Source: Anaeramoeba ignava BMAN | Taxonomy: Eukaryota > Protista > Anaeramoebae | NCBI GenBank assembly: GCA_028826165.1 | Contig: JAPDFW010000081.1 | Span: forward strand, 496,001-560,000 | DNA: 64,000 nt | Direction: 5' to 3' | In this document: positions 61,957 through 64,000 of the stretch, one piece after another | How the letters are laid out: the number at the start of each line of letters is the position of its first letter | How positions within the stretch are numbered: the first letter of the stretch is position 1 | Position numbers and translations under genes: made by a program | Notes under the pieces: generated by a model | What the model was told of the DNA's origin: nothing | Databases searched by the model: none | What the model saw: only the letters and a program-made list of their open reading frames with translations

Positions 61957-63387
61957 ATGAAAAGAATATTTCAAGATTATTCTACTTTATCAAATAATTT
62001 AATCAGTCTTTTTGAAGATCCTGATGGAAACGACAGCAATTTCAAAATCAAAACACCTGATCGAACATTTTTTTGTCATCGAAACATTTTAAAATATCGT
62101 TCAAGTTATTTTGAAGGACTTTTTCGGTCGAATTATCAAGAAACGCAACAAGGCGAAATTACTTTCAATGATATTTCAACACAAGTCATGGAAAAAGTGC
62201 TTATTTTTCTTTATTCAGGACGCGTTGAAATGGATCGAGAAAACGCGGTCGACATTCTCCTTGTTGCTAATAAGCTTTTGATTGAAAATCTCAAGCAATT
62301 TTCAGAGCAATTTGTTTCTGAGAATTTGACTGATGAAAATATTTGGGATGTTTGCAATATCGCAACTCATTTTCAATGCGAGTATTTACAGAAAAAATGT
62401 GTTGATTTTATCGGTTTAAAAGCAGATTTTTTTCTGCATCAAAAAGGATTTCTTGAAATTGCAGAAAGTTTATTTGAAATGATTCTCAAATCAACGTATT
62501 TGGTTGTTAATAAAGAACTTAATTTGGTTTATTCCCTTATCAAATGGGGACAAAAACAGACAGAGCAAATTGTGCAAAATGTTGTGAAAGGAATCCAACT
62601 TGAAGAAGTTGCAGAGAAAATTTCAAATCTTATTCGGTTCATTCGTTTTGTTTCCATTTCGCGAGATGAATACTTAAAAATTAAAGAAATGAAAGTTATT
62701 CCGAAGGATCTTGACGAAGATTTGAGTGATTTCTATTCAAGCACAAGCAGCCAAAGGAACAAAATAATCAATGAATCATTAACAAACGAGAAGAAAATAT
62801 ATTTCAATCCAAGATGCTCAAGATATTTTCTTTCATCGGATATTTTAAGAGGAACGAGAGAGTATCAAGAAAACCTTGAGAAATGGGTTAATGACAAAGA
62901 TTTCCTTGAAAATATGGAACTGCGTTTTTTTGCGAATCAAGGCGAAACCAATACCAAGAATTTTTATACTGATTGTGGCGGCGCGGGAAAAACTCTAATT
63001 ATTATTCAATCGCAAGAAGGATTTGTTTTTGGTGGTTATACTTCTATAGGTTGGCCAACATCTGTTTCTTACAATGAAATTAATGATAATCAAGCCTTTT
63101 TATTCACTCTTAAAAATCCTCTTGGTTTTTCTCCTGATAAATTACCTATTATTCAAGGAAATGAATACATGGCTTTGTATTCTGAAGATGGTTATGGTCC
63201 TATTTTTGGTTCTGGTTATGATCTTGCTATTCAATCTGATTTAATTAATGGTCAATCTGATATTGGTTATACTTATCAAGCTCCTGCTGGTATTATGTCT
63301 GGTTCTAATTTGTCTCAGACTTTCTTTTCTGGTTCTAATTCGTTTCATATTCAAAGAATGGAAGTTTTTTGTGAACGGAAGATTTAA
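61957..63387 (+). CDS. BTB-BACK-TLDc domain protein
   Basis: FFCHRNILKYRSSYFEGLF..FLYSG (BTB), LIKWG..IRFIRF (BACK), FYTDCGGAGKTLIII..FVFGGYT..AFLFTL..GPIFGSGYDL..MEVF (TLDc). Confidence 0.92.
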   Translation: MKRIFQDYSTLSNNLISLFEDPDGNDSNFKIKTPDRTFFCHRNILKYRSSYFEGLFRSNYQETQQGEITFNDISTQVMEKVLIFLYSGRVEMDRENAVDILLVANKLLIENLKQFSEQFVSENLTDENIWDVCNIATHFQCEYLQKKCVDFIGLKADFFLHQKGFLEIAESLFEMILKSTYLVVNKELNLVYSLIKWGQKQTEQIVQNVVKGIQLEEVAEKISNLIRFIRFVSISRDEYLKIKEMKVIPKDLDEDLSDFYSSTSSQRNKIINESLTNEKKIYFNPRCSRYFLSSDILRGTREYQENLEKWVNDKDFLENMELRFFANQGETNTKNFYTDCGGAGKTLIIIQSQEGFVFGGYTSIGWPTSVSYNEINDNQAFLFTLKNPLGFSPDKLPIIQGNEYMALYSEDGYGPIFGSGYDLAIQSDLINGQSDIGYTYQAPAGIMSGSNLSQTFFSGSNSFHIQRMEVFCERKI

Positions 63388-63409
63388 TGAAATTTATTTA
63401 CAAACAACT

Positions 63410-64000
63410 TAAAATTCAAATTCAAAATCAAAATCAAATCAAATTCAAAATCAAAATATAAATGAAAATCAAAATATAAATCAAAATATAAATCAAAATC
63501 AAAATCAAAATCAAAATATAAATATAAATCAAAATCAAAATCAAAATATAAATCAAAATATAAATTAAAATTAAAATCAAAATATAAATCAAAATATAAA
63601 TTCAAAATATAAATCAAAATCAAAATCAAAATCAAAATCAAAATCAAAATATAAATCAAAATATAAATCAAAATCAAATTATAAATCAAAATCAAATTAT
63701 AAATCAAAATCAAAATATAAATCAAAATCAAAATATAAATCAAAATCAAAATCAAAATATAAATCAAAATATAAATCAAAATATAAATCAAAATATAAAT
63801 CAAAATATAAATCAAAATATAAATCAAAATATAAATCAAAATATAAATCAAAATCAAAATCAAAATATAAATCAAAATCAAAATATAAATCAAAATCAAA
63901 ATATAAATCAAAATCAAAATCAAAATCAAAATCAAAATATTCAAAATCAAAATATAAATCAAAATCAAAATATAAATCAAAATCAAAATCAAAATCAAAT
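63410..64000. repeat. (AAATCA/AAATAT)n microsatellite
   Basis: Mixed hexamer repeat running to the window end. Confidence 0.9.

Noticed and set aside
1-64000. Inteins/Hint domains, transposase or reverse transcriptase ORFs, rRNA or tRNA genes, alternative genetic code
   Set aside because: No recognisable motifs seen by eye; conserved genes read through in the standard code and end in TAA/TGA. Small RNAs cannot be excluded without a covariance-model search.

Overview
Extremely AT-rich, gene-dense eukaryotic (protist) DNA with GT-AG introns, NQ-repeat-rich proteins and introns filled with micro/minisatellites. The gene content and composition resemble Anaeramoeba-type metamonads (inference only). 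About 15 genes: an atypical kinase, a 2-TM Cys-loop protein, two RCC1-BTB paralogs, an ST7-like/TPR/RRM protein, a CH-RasGAP-PH gene head-to-head with a RasGEF, an LRR/ADP-ribosylglycohydrolase, an ATP6AP2-like membrane protein, clathrin heavy chain, a RING-pseudokinase, a UEV/MMS2 and a BTB-BACK-TLDc protein. Main result: the apparently ORF-free regions 41.0-47.7 kb and 51.1-57.8 kb are the 3' halves of two tandem RING-kinase-NQ-ARM-ankyrin genes. In them each ankyrin repeat is one 90/96-nt phase-0 exon, and the beta-hairpin loop between repeats is encoded by arrays of single-codon microexons (AG|NNN|GT; 39 and 42 microexons per gene, nearly all 3 nt). The first seven loops have exactly three microexons (for example K-D-G, the ankyrin consensus). 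The last three loops have expanded arrays that differ between the paralogs, a candidate system for diversifying an ankyrin binding surface by splicing. Exon models were read by hand without transcript data. Several conserved genes have homopolymer frameshifts that are probably assembly errors.
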